NCBI GenBank assembly: GCA_950097015.1 | Contig: CATNEN010000024.1 | Location: 3,720,001-3,784,000 of the forward strand | Origin: Macrostomum hystrix | Taxonomy: Eukaryota > Animalia > Platyhelminthes | Reading direction: 5' to 3' | DNA length: 64,000 nucleotides | Shown: positions 11,601 to 24,300 of the stretch, piece by piece | Numbering within the stretch: position 1 is the stretch's first letter | How the letters are laid out: every line of letters begins with the position of its first letter | Notes under the pieces: model-generated | What the model saw: only the letters and a program-made list of their open reading frames with translations | The model's database searches: none | Told to the model about the DNA's origin: nothing | Translations under genes and position numbers: made by a program

Positions 11601-14283
11601 ACTTATCTATTAGGTAACTCGACAATCCAATCTATTAGGCCATCTACAGCCTCAATTATCTATTAGGTCACACAGGCCTTACTTATCTATTAGGTCTCAC
11701 AGGCCTTACTTATCTATTAGGTCTCACAGGTCTCACTTATCTATTAGGTCTCACATGCCTCACTTATCTATTAGGTCTCACAGGTCTCACTTATCTATTA
11801 GGTCTCACAGGCCTCACTTATCTATTAGGTCTCACAGGCCTTACTTATCTATTAGGTCACACGAGCCTTACTTATCTATTAGGTCTCACAGGTCTCACTT
11901 ATCTATTAGGTCTCAGGCCTCACTTATCTATTAGGTCACACAGGCCTCACTTATCTATTAGGTCTCACATGCCTCACTTATCTATTAGGTCTCACAGGTC
12001 TCACTTATCTATTAGGTCTCACATGCCTCACTTATCTATTAGGTCTCACAGGCCTTACTTATCTATTAGGTCTCACATGCCTCACTTATCTATTAGGTCT
12101 CACATGCCTCACTTATCTATTAGGTCTCACATGCCTCACTTATCTATTAGGTCTCACTGGTCTCACTTATCTATTAGGTCTCACATGCCTCACTTATCTA
12201 TTAGGTAACTCGACAATCCAATCTATTAGGCCATCTACAGCCTCAATTATCTATTAGGTCACACAGGCCTTACTTATCTATTAGGTCTCACAGGTCTCAC
12301 TTATCTATTAGGTCTCACATGCCTCACTTATCTATTAGGTCTCACTGGTCTCACTTATCTATTAGGTCTCACATGCCTCACTTATCTATTAGGTAACTCG
12401 ACAATCCAATCTATTAGGCCATCTACAGCCTCAATTATCTATTAGGTCACACAGGCCTTACTTATCTATTAGGTCTCACAGGTCTCACTTATCTATTAGG
12501 TCTCACAGGTCTCACTTATCTATTAGGTCTCAGGCCTCACTTATCTATTAGGTCACACAGGCCTTACTTATCTATTAGGTCTCACATGCCTCACTTATCT
12601 ATTAGGTCACACAGGCCTCACTTATCTATTAGGTCTCACAGGTCTCACTTATCTATTAGGTAACTCGACAATCCAATCTATTAGGCCATCTACAGCCTCA
12701 ATTATCTATTAGGTCTCACAGGCCTTACTTATCTATTAGGTCACACAGGCCTTACTTATCTATTAGGTCTCACATGCCTCACTTATCTATTAGGTCTCAC
12801 AGGTCTCACTTATCTATTAGGTCTCACAGGCCTCACTTATCTATTAGGTCTCACAGGCCTTACTTATCTATTAGGTCACACGAGCCTTACTTATCTATTA
12901 GGTCTCACAGGTCTCACTTATCTATTAGGTCTCAGGCCTCACTAATCTATTAGGTCACACAGGCCTTACTTATCTATTAGGTCTCACATGCCTCACTTAT
13001 CTATTAGGTCACACAGGCCTCACTTATCTATTGGGTCTCACAGGCCTTACTTATCTATTAGGTCTCAGGCCTCACTTATCTATTAGGTCACACAGGCCTT
13101 ACTTATCTATTAGGTCTCACATGCCTCACTTATCTATTAGGTCACACAGGCCTTACTTATCTATTAGGTCACACGAGCCTTACTAATCTATTAGGTCTCA
13201 CAGGCCTTACTTATCTATTAGGTCTCACATGCCTCACTTATTTATTAGGTCACTCGACAATCCAATCTATTAGGCCATCTACAGCCTCAATTATCTATTG
13301 GTCAACCACCCCTTACTAGGTCAGACTTCCCTCTGATTGGCTAGTTCGGAATCAGATGAACATAGGGCATGTACTTTGATTAGAACTTTAACCCGCAAGA
13401 AACTAAAATGTGCAACCATCCTATTTGCGTTTGAAACTATAACCTAGAACCCTATTTACATACACCCGTATCTCAATCGAAAGGCACTACCATCGCATGC
13501 TTGAATGCCTGGAATCTTCAACCAGCGAGCTGTGCGGCGCTTCAGCTGCTCGGCTGGCCTCGCCGCTTGGTCAGCTGACCGAGCCGGCCCTGGCTGAGGA
13601 ATGCGGCCAACCGGAGTCGCAACTGCAGGTCAGTGTGCTACTCCCCGGCTCTGATTGGCTGTCGCTTGAAACTATTTAATTCATACTCTATTCATTTTAT
13701 CGTTGCTTGTCTGCCCAATATTGACAACCACCGCACGCCACGCACAATTTTCTTGCCTCTGGTTGGCTGCCGGGAGTGGTATATTAAATCAGACTAGACT
13801 CGTTTTAATCGTTGCTTTTCTGCCCTCTCTTGAAAACCACCTCACGCCGCACACAATCTCCTTGGCTTTGATTGGCTGTCAGTTTTTCCCAAAAAACTAT
13901 TCTCGCATCACTTTTCTATCACTCCTGCCCACCACCTCACAACCATGGCCCACCTCCCCATCAACTCGGCTCTGATTGGCTCTCATTTGAAGTCAATTGA
14001 TTCACAGAAAACTACTTTCGCTCAAAACTACTACCAGCCTAAGCTCATCGCCATAATTATCAATATCGTTGATTCCTATATACTGCTCTTAGTTTGATAC
14101 TGATTCATATTTAATAAGTAATTTTTACTTTAAAAGGTTGCCGGAGAAAAAAAATTGGGCTTCGAAAAGTCTATGCCGAACAATGCGCAGGGGACTTCTT
14201 GTGCAACAGCAGCAGCGGCAGCAGCAGCATCCGCAGCAGCCGCATCTTTGTGCTCTTTAACTACGGCCTTATTGAATCTGTAG
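8576..14283 (+). CDS. Predicted 237-aa Cys-rich secreted or GPI-type protein (6 exons)
   Basis: Exons 8576-8621, 9497-9665, 10153-10298, 10585-10645, 13484-13628, 14137-14283 join in phases 1,2,1,2,0 into one 714-nt open frame. Starts MELWR-L10, has two CRxxxx(F/M)xxC-x7/8-C repeats and an Ala/Leu-rich C-terminus. Confidence 0.6.
9100..9420. repeat. (CCAATC)n hexamer array
   Basis: Directly visible; source of the spurious GI/DW-repeat ORF. Confidence 0.95.
9830..10110 (+). mobile_element. SINE family B (tRNA head plus CORE-like domain)
   Basis: B box GGTTCGAGTCC; TTGTGTCCTT...TTGCTTCAGTTCATCCAGC resembles the CORE-SINE domain; CAGTCCATGGACTGAACAGC palindrome; A-rich tail. Confidence 0.75.
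10375..10485 (+). repeat. Dispersed repeat family C (deleted copy)
   Basis: CTCTATCCGATG joined to GTAGGCAGCGGGTATTTGAAATACC; homologous to 53875-54050 and 56235-56390. Confidence 0.65.
10990..13305. repeat. ~27-bp minisatellite with recurring variant block
   Basis: (CACAGGCCTTACTTATCTATTAGGTCT)n with an ACTCGACAATCCAATCTATTAGGCCATCTACAGCC variant recurring six times. Confidence 0.97.
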
Positions 14284-15029
14284 AGTGGGAAAATACTTTT
14301 CCCACAACTACCATATCTATTATAGTCGAAGGCCTTGATGGATAAGCAATGTTGTGCAGCTATTATAAGTATTTTGTGTTTAGCCATCAACAAAGATACA
14401 AAGATAATTGCTTGTTTAGGTGTTCATTTTGTTACTACGCTAGTAGCTCGTATATAGAATTGCTTTAATTTCGTGCAGTTTAGTTTAACAAAAATCCATG
14501 ATATTGTTGTCAATATATTTAAAGATAAACAATATGATTACATTTTTTGTGTTGTTATGATAGTTTAGTTTTTAAAAGAAAAAGTAACAAATATAACAAT
14601 AAAAAAGTAGCCTTTATACGGGCTCGTAGTTAATTCTTGGCTTTTGTTAATTGCAAGCTTTTACTAAAAGTAGAGAATATGCGTGTTCGTTTTAACAAGC
14701 ACTGAATAAATGAGACACTAAAGCTATAGCTGCTGTCAAAAAGAAAAGAAGAACAATAAATTTTTGTGTTTATCGAATATCCAGTTAAATATTTTCTTTC
14801 TTTATTGGCGAAATGTTTCTTTCAGCGGCGGATCAATAATTTAGCATTTCTTAGAATTTTTCGACATGTTAGAGGCTTCCCTTTCAAAATCCTTTAAAAT
14901 TGGATTAGGAAATCTCAGGCGGATGCGGCCCGACAAACTACCGAGTCTATGCTCAAAGTCCTCATGACCTTCCATCACCTCTCCCAATTCAATATTATCT
15001 CACATGTCATTTCTAATAAGCCTTTGCCA

Positions 15030-15182
15030 TATCTCCCTTGTCTCATCTCTCCCCTGTCTCATCTCTCCCCTGTCTCATCTCTCCCCTGTCTCATCTCTCC
15101 CCTGTCTCATCTCTCCCCTGTCTCATCTCTCCCCTGTCTCATCTCTCCCCTGTCTCATCTCTCCCCTGTCTCATCTCTCCCG
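15030..15182. repeat. 16-bp minisatellite
   Basis: (CTCCCCTGTCTCATCT)n. Confidence 0.95.
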
Positions 15183-15335
15183 TGTGTCCGAGTCTCCACA
15201 AGGGCATAGCAAAATTTGGAATAAAAACATTCTTTCAGATCCGCGACCAAAAGACAAGCACGGACGACATTAAAAAGGAAAAAAGTGAGTATTTTATCTC
15301 TGACTAGTTTGAGACATTGTCCAGACGGAGGCAGC

Positions 15336-18300
15336 TCACATGTAGATCTTCCGCTTGGACGTGATGGACGCCTCCTTTGACGCCACCTGCGGGCTGACAC
15401 GGCGCAAGAAGTCCACCCACTCGGCATCGTCAGTTCCAATGATGCTTTCAAAGCGAAGAAGGCGCAGCTTCAACTGCTCAAAGTCGCTGCTGGTTTTGGC
15501 GGCTCCTGGATGGTTTGAGTTGGGCGCGTAGTAAGATTCTAGATATGACCAAATCATGTCACCTAGACATCTAGATATGACCAAATCATGTCACCTAGAC
15601 ATCTAGATATGACTAGATTATGTCACCTAGACATCTAGATATGAACAGATCATGTCACCTAGACATCTAGATATGACTAGATTATGTCACCTAGACATCT
15701 AGATATGACCAGATCATGTCACCTAGACATCTAGATATGACTAGATTATGTCACCTAGACATCTAGATATGACTAGATCATGTCACCTAGACATCTAGAT
15801 ATGACTAGATCATGTCACCTAGACATCTAGATATGACTAGATTATGTCACCTAGACATCTAGATATGACTAGATCATGTCACCTAGACATCTAGATATGA
15901 CTAGATTATGTCACCTAGACATCTAGATATGACTAGATCATGTCACCTAGACATCTAGATATGACCAGAGCATGTCACCTAGACATCTAGATATGACTAG
16001 ATTACGTCACCTAGACATCTAGATATGACTAGATCATGTCACCTAGACATCTAGATATGACTAGATCATGTCACCTAGACATCTAGATATGACTAGATCA
16101 TGTCACCTAGACATCTAGATATGACTAGATCATGTCACCTAGACATCTAGATATGACTAGATTATGTCACCTAGACATCTAGATATGACTAGATCATGTC
16201 ACCTAGACATCTAGATATGACTAGATCATGTCACCTAGACATCTAGATATGACTAGATCATGTCACCTAGACATCTAGATATGACTAGATTATGTCACCT
16301 AGACATCTAGATATGACTAGATCATGTCACCTAGACATCTAGATATGACCAGATCATGTCACCTAGACATCTAGATATGACTAGATTATGTCACCTAGAC
16401 ATCTAGATATGACTAGATCATGCCACCTAGACATCTAGATATGACTAGATTATGTCACCTAGACATCTAGATATGACTAGATTATGTCACCTAGACATCT
16501 AGATATGACTAGATTATGTCACCTAGACATCTAGATATGACCAAATCATGTCACCTAGACATCTAGATATGACCAGATCATGTCACCTAGACATCTAGAT
16601 ATGACCAGATCATGTCACCTAGACATCTAGATATGACCAGATCATGTCACCTAGACATCTAGATATGACCAGATCATGTCACCTAGACATCTAGATATGA
16701 CTAGATTACGTCACCTAGACATCTAGATATGACTAGAATATGTCACCTAGACATCTAGATATGACCAGAGCATGTCACCTAGACATCTAGATATGACTAG
16801 ATTACGTCACCTAGACATCTAGATATGACTAGATCATGTCACCTAGACATCTAGATATGACTAGATCATGTCACCTAGACATCTAGATATGACTAGATCA
16901 TGTCACCTAGACATCTAGATATGACTAGATTATGTCACCTAGACATCTAGATATGACTAGATTATGTCACCTAGACATCTAGATATGACCAGAGCATGTC
17001 ACCTAGACATCTAGATATGACTAGATTACGTCACCTAGACATCTAGATATGACTAGATTGTGTCACCTAGACATCTAGATATGACTAGATCATGTCACCT
17101 AGACATCTAGATATGACTAGATTGTCACACAGACATCTAGATATGACTAGATTACGTCACCTAGACATCTAGATATGACTAGATTATGTCACCTAGACAT
17201 CTAGATATGACTAGATTATGTCACCTAGACATCTAGATATGACTAGATTATGTCACCTAGACATCTAGATATGACTAGATCATGTCACCTAGACATCTAG
17301 ATATGACTAGATTATGTCACCTAGACATCTAGATATGACTAGATTATGTCACCTAGACATCTAGATATGACTAGATTATGTCACCTAGACATCTAGATAT
17401 GACTAGATTATGTCACCTAGACATCTAGATATGACCAGAGCATGTCACCTAGACATCTAGATATGACTAGATTACGTCACCTAGACATCTAGATATGACT
17501 AGATCATGTCACCTAGACATCTAGATATGACTAGATCATGTCACCTAGACATCTAGATATGACTAGATTATGTCACCTAGACATCTAGATATGACCAGAG
17601 CATGTCACCTAGACATCTAGATATGACTAGATTACGTCACCTAGACATCTAGATATGACTAGATTGTGTCACCTAGACATCTAGATATGACTAGATTATG
17701 TCACCTAGACATCTAGATATGACTAGATCATGTCACCTAGACATCTAGATATGACTAGATTATGTCACCTAGACATCTAGATATGACTAGATTATGTCAC
17801 CTAGACATCTAGATATGACTAGATTATGTCACCTAGACATCTAGATATGACTAGATTATGTCACCTAGACATCTAGATATGACCAGAGCATGTCACCTAG
17901 ACATCTAGATATGACTAGATTACGTCACCTAGACATCTAGATATGACTAGATCATGTCACCTAGACATCTAGATATGACTAGATCATGTCACCTAGACAT
18001 CTAGATATGACTAGATTATGTCACCTAGACATCTAGATATGACCAGAGCATGTCACCTAGACATCTAGATATGACTAGATTACGTCACCTAGACATCTAG
18101 ATATGACTAGATTGTGTCACCTAGACATCTAGATATGACTAGATTATGTCACCTAGACATCTAGATATGACTAGATCATGTCACCTAGACATCTAGATAT
18201 GACTAGATTATGTCACCTAGACATCTAGATATGACTAGATTATGTCACCTAGACATCTAGATATGACTAGATTATGTCACCTAGACATCTAGATATGACT

Positions 18301-21300
18301 AGATTATGTCACCTAGACATCTAGATATGACCAGAGCATGTCACCTAGACATCTAGATATGACTAGATTACGTCACCTAGACATCTAGATATGACTAGAT
18401 CATGTCACCTAGACATCTAGATATGACTAGATCATGTCACCTAGACATCTAGATATGACTAGATTATGTCACCTAGACATCTAGATATGACCAGAGCATG
18501 TCACCTAGACATCTAGATATGACTAGATTACGTCACCTAGACATCTAGATATGACTAGATTGTGTCACCTAGACATCTAGATATGACTAGATTATGTCAC
18601 CTAGACATCTAGATATGACTAGATCATGTCACCTAGACATCTAGATATGACTAGATTATGTCACCTAGACATCTAGATTTGACTAGATTACGTCACCTAG
18701 ACATCTAGATATGACCAGAGCATGTCACCTAGACATCTAGATATGACTAGATTGTCACACAGACATCTATTTATGACTTCAAAAATTCAAAGACAAGTCA
18801 GTAAGAGTTTATTGATGCAGACTGAATGACCCAGTCAGCAGGAGCTGTATTACACCGTGACTCACCCTTGCCCTGTTGAAGCATTGGGTTCGATTTGCCG
18901 CGGCCCGAAGTAAAGCCCAGATGGTAGGCAACGCGCCTAGCCGCGTAGGTCATCAGCGAGGGCTGTCCCGCAGCCAGCCGGCTGCTCCAGCGTTGACGCA
19001 CTTGTCGCAGAGACACAAGCATGATGGCCAGGAACAGATTTACAGTGGTCAGCACAATCACCACGATGTAGAAGAATACGAACAGCATGGCTAGAGGCCC
19101 GGCGTCCGTGAAGAGTGTGCCAAAGTCCAATCGGTCTGAAATGTGAAAAATTTGAACGAGTTCGCTTTGGACTGATTGTCACGGACGTACTCTTTAAGTG
19201 TCTGCAGGAGGTGTTCAGTGGCAGAGCGGTCTAACGCGTTTGCCTCTCGCACAAAGGTCACTGAGCTCGATTCCGCGTAGAGACCACATTTATTTGGGGC
19301 CCGCAGCCGCGAAGATAAGGCTTGGGGGCTTGTCGTGCAATTTACGCCCTTGAGGGCCAACCTCCAAGGCACAGTGAAAGTGTACATTGCCTGACGATGA
19401 GAAAGTCAGGGCAGATGTACACAACTATGTGAGCGTGTATCTGCGTCGGATATCTGTGCTCGTATGTGCTCAGGAGAGTGGGTGAGAGTGGGTGAGAGTG
19501 TTCTTTTGACATCTGAACAAGAGGTCCAGAGTTCGAATCTCAGCCTACGTCGAATAGTTTCAATCCTTCAGTTTGTCGACTGAACACCCTCTAGACAGTA
19601 ATAGCTGCGACAAGCTAGGTTTAAAATTCAATCTATCAATCAGCTAATCAGCAGCGAGCAGCAGCGGGACTCACTCAAGCCCATGGCGCACAGGGTTTCA
19701 ATGGCCACCAGTGGAGTGCGGAATAAGCTCGATACTGAGCCGAACAGCAGGTAGCCCGCCTGCACAAAGGCGAAGAACAGAACGCCGAACAAAATGCCAA
19801 ACAGCAGCAGCGGCCGGGCGGCCTCGCGAAGGGCGTCGACGATGAGACCGACTCGACGACTTAGAGACAGTGGTTGAAGCAGGCGAAGGGTGAGCAGAAA
19901 GCAGATGCAGCCGAGCAGAGCTTGGCTCACCTGCGGAAAGAATTCGATTGCCAAATTTATCTGCTGTACTTTTGCAAAAATATGTCTGTTAGTACGAGCT
20001 TATGATAAGGTGAGTGCCGGATGTGTGTTAGGTGAGTGAGCTGGTCACGACTCCGATCTCCCTGATGCTGAGGTAGTCGATCACGCGATTGAGTTCCTCC
20101 GAGAAGACCCTCAGAGACGGATTTTTCCCCGAGAATGCGCTGCTACGACAACAGTCCTCTTCGTGATACCGGAGTGTTGGCAAGTAGCAGTGGTGTCGAT
20201 GCCAATTCGGTGTCGATATTGCTGCTAGTGGCCTGCGGGCTGTTAGGCGAGCGTCTCCGCGCCTCCTTCGTATTAACTTTCTTCGGGCGAGCGCGGGCAA
20301 GGCCCATTGCACCGAGCGTCAAAGGATGCCCGCCTTCCCAAGGAATTCCAGAACATCGATGCAATCGTCTAAAACAGCCGCTGGGAGGTCTCATGCCAGC
20401 GATATAGGCAGTGGCGGCGGACGGCGCCTGCGCTGCGGAAAACGGAAAAGTGAGCTCCGCGTGGAAGCTAGAGGTCACGCGGCCGGCAGTGACGCTCAGC
20501 TCGGTATCGGGTTTCTACAATGACGCCGCTGCCACAGTCTAGGACGCCATATTTTGCGGCCCCGACTGTCCAGATAATCGTTCCCGGAGCTCTGGAGCCG
20601 GCCTCGCCAGATGATACGAGAGCATGGTCTGGATCCTGTGGTGCCGGCCAGGAGAGCTCTGATGAGTGTCCATGTCAGGCGCAGCAGAGGCCTGGAGCAG
20701 TGCGGTCTCTACCGCGCGGAAGGAGGATTCAGCCGCGCCGGCGCGTGCTACGACGAGTTCTACGACCGAGTCATTCGCGACGATGCCGCCTGCATCTGAG
20801 CCGTCCGTCCAGACCTCGACGTCAGACGTAACCTCCAGATTCTCCATTGCGGTGAGGCGGTGGTTCGTTCCGGTTGGTCGGAATAGAAGGCCACAGAGCA
20901 GGTAACTACGGCTGGTGTCATCCCGACAGCGTCCTGTTCGCGAGACCAGGTCGGCAAGGCATGGGGCGGCTTGTGTGGGATCTCGTGTTTAGATTGCCGT
21001 CATTCTTGTCCCAGTCACGAGGGACCTTTCAGTGTGAGCTTGTCGTGTCGCAAGGACAGTTGAGAATCGAGGTGCACACCGAGGAGGCTGAGAGGCTAGT
21101 CGAACGGAGCTGGGGAGCTCGCAGCAAGATGTTTGGAAGGTCCTTGGGCTACAAAGGTGGTGACATCAGAATAGACCAGGAGGCAGTTAGGAGGATCGCC
21201 TTCCAGGAGGACCAGATCGCCTTCCATTAGTGAAGACCCTCCGAGAACGCTCGAAGTACACTATGGGTGCTAAGCTAAAGTACATCAGTAATAAAGTCTT

Positions 21301-24300
21301 CGAACTTTTTCGAAAAAAATAGCAATCACCTCATCGTATGCCACCAGCCACTGGAAGCTGACAAACTTCGTCGGGTTGTCGTGCAAGAAGCTGGCAATGG
21401 CACTCTGCGAAACAATTCTGGCAATGTAGATGGCCACCTCAGCTACTAGCAGTAGTAGCAGAAGAAAATTGATGCAATTAAATGAGTCCTGCAATGCGTG
21501 GGCGGCAATGGCTTGTATTCAGAAGTGCATCGCGATGTAATAATTTTAATCTAAATGTAACTCATTATCCAAGGGGGCGTTTGCCTCTCGCACCACGGTC
21601 CCTAAGTTCGATTCCATGGCGAGGCAACATTTATTGGGGCGCAGGCGCGGAGAGAAGGCTTGGGGGCTTGTCGTGCAATTTACGCCCTTGAGGGCCAACC
21701 TCCAAGGCACAGTGAGAGTGTACACTGCCTGACGATGAGAAAGTCAGGGCAGAAAGTCTGTGTGCGTGTTTGTACGCACAGATGCGTACACAGTATCTGT
21801 GTGCGTGTGTGCTCAGGAGTCAGCGAAATGGGCAGAATTGTTTCCTCGCTGGCTGCGGGTCTAGTGTCAGTAAATGATGTGCCTTTGCCTGCAGCCCTCC
21901 TGCAATTACTATTATTATTATTAACTCATTATCCAGATTCCCACTTACCAGATTCACACTATCCAGATTCCCACTATCCAGATTCCCACTATCCAGATTC
22001 CCACTATCCAGATTTCCACTATCCAGATTCCCACTATCCAGATTTCCACTATCCAGATTTCCACTATCCAGATTTCCACTATCCATATTCCCGTCATGCA
22101 GATTCCCTAACTGCCAATATCTAGATTCCATATTCCAATTATTCCCAGTATCCAACCAGCCTTAAAGTAGTTGCGCTTCAGAGTCATCATGCAGCGCAGT
22201 TCGCAAACAATGAAGGCCGCAGCGAGAGCCAGGCAGGCCGCGTCCAGCAGCGCCAGCGGCAGGGCGTCAGCCCCGGCGTATCGCTGTAGTCGGGTTGTAT
22301 GGAGGCTCGGATCCGCCTTCAGGCCGCCGCCTCTGAAGGCTTCGAAGAGGAATTCGACAGCGGTGTACAGATCCGTGTTGGGATTGTAGAGCAGCAGTTC
22401 TAGGAATAGGCCGCCGGTCTGCCTGTCCAACCAGTTGGAACCGGCGAGCCGGTTGACAACGACGACCGCGTCAGCGCGGGAGGCGCCAAGATCGGCGACG
22501 TAGCCGCCACCGGAGTAGGTAGCCAGCTGGCCCACCTGCGGCAGGCCGAAGAGGCTCAGAGCGCTGGTGTAGCTCCACTCGGAATACAATGAGCCTTCGA
22601 TTTGGGGTTCGAGGTGTCAGTTAAAATTGGAAGTTGTCAGTTGAAATTGGGAGGTTTCAGTTAACGACAAAGGCGTGTAAATTGGAGACAGGGAGGTGTC
22701 AATTGAAATAGTGAGGTGTCAGTTGAAATAGGGAGGTGTCAGTTGAAATAGGGAGGTGTCAGTTGAAATAGGGAGGTGTCAGTTGAAATAGGGAGGTGTC
22801 AGTTGAAATAGTGAGTTGTCAGTTGAAATAGGGAGGCGTCAGTTGAAATATGGTGGCGTCAGTTGAAATATGGAGGCGTCAGTTGAAATATGGAGGCGTC
22901 AGTTGAAATATGGAGGCGTCAGTTGAGACATGGGGTGTCAGTTGAGACATGGGGTGTCAGTTGAGACATGGGGGTGTCAGTTGAGACATGGGGTGTCAGT
23001 TGAGACATGGGGTGTCAGTTGAGACATGGTGTATCAGTTGAGACATGGGGTGTCAGTTGAGACATGGGGTGTCAGTTGAGACATGGGGTATCAGTTGAGA
23101 CATGGGGTATCAGTTGAGACATGGGGTGTCAGTTGAGACATGGGGTGTCAGTTGGGTGTCCGAAGTCTTACCAGAGCCGTTGTCCCTAGTCCAGCCGGGC
23201 AGGTAGTTACTCTCATCGTCCAATAGCATAGAATAGTCCTGTCTGCAGGGGGGCACAATGTTGGCAAACTGTGACAGCACCTGGCATTGCTCTCCCGGCC
23301 GCAGGCGCAGCTGACGTAGGCGCGGAATTCTTGCCAGTTGAAGGTTGGGATCGGCTGTGGAATTCGCAGACACCAAATCGCAGGCTTGGCTATTGTAGCA
23401 CCTGGCCGGATATAGCGATGGTAGCACCGTGTTATTGATGTACAGCCAGATGTCCTTGTTAGTTTTCACCTGGCTAACTGTGTATAATCGGCCTGATAGT
23501 TTGGCAGCCGGCACAAAGCTGCCGTTCAGTAAGATCTTGAGCACGCTGGCTGACTGCAGGTAATGCCGGCCGTCCTGATTGGTGTGTGCCAGCAGGAGGA
23601 TGAACGCGATGAAGATCAGGTAGAATATGCCAGCCCGGATCAATGAATCCACCTGCTTTTCTCGGAATCTGTCGAGGCAAAGGTGGGGTGGTTTTTGTTT
23701 ATTGTGAGTAATTGGATATTTGGGCTCATCATTTGGTGACACTAGACCCGCAGCCAGCGAGGAGGCAATTTTGCCCATTTCGCTGACTCCTGAGCACATG
23801 CTCACACGGTGTGTGTACATTTGGCCCTGACTTTCTCATCGTCTGGCAGTGTACACTTATCTGTGCCTTGGAGGTTGGCCCTCAGGGCGTAAATTTCACG
23901 ACAAGCCCTCAAGCCTTCTCTCCGCGGCTGCGCCCCAAATAAATGTGGCCTCGCCGCGGAATCGAACTTAGGGACCTTGGAGCGAGAGGCGAACGCGTCA
24001 ACCGCTCTGCCGGTTAAATTTTAATTAAATTTAAGCAACCAATGGACGTTTATACAGAGCAATGTTAGTTGTCCTTGTCACTAACACATCCTAGTGGAAT
24101 GCAAGTGAGCTGGGACTACCGACTCACCTGCGCAGCCGCATCCGCGCCAGAACTCGGCCCGTCGGCGTCACCGGGATTGTCAGCGACTTGCGGAATTTGC
24201 GCATCTTCTCCGGATCCGTCAGGTCGACCATCGCGACCGCTGGACGCAGCCGGGAGACGCCGCAACCGGCCAGCTCCTCGGCGAGCTCGTCGGACTCGTT

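Noticed and set aside
15240-15400. Plus-strand exon-like segment (ttcag|ATCCGC...AAA|gtgagt) overlapping the PKD1-like 3' end
   Set aside because: Cannot be linked convincingly to any gene; the following intron would be under 40 nt and the Cys-rich gene already has a stop at 14283.
10990-18768. CRISPR-like appearance of the 27-bp and 32-bp arrays
   Set aside because: Head-to-tail units without unique spacers, no cas genes, and located inside spliceosomal introns.
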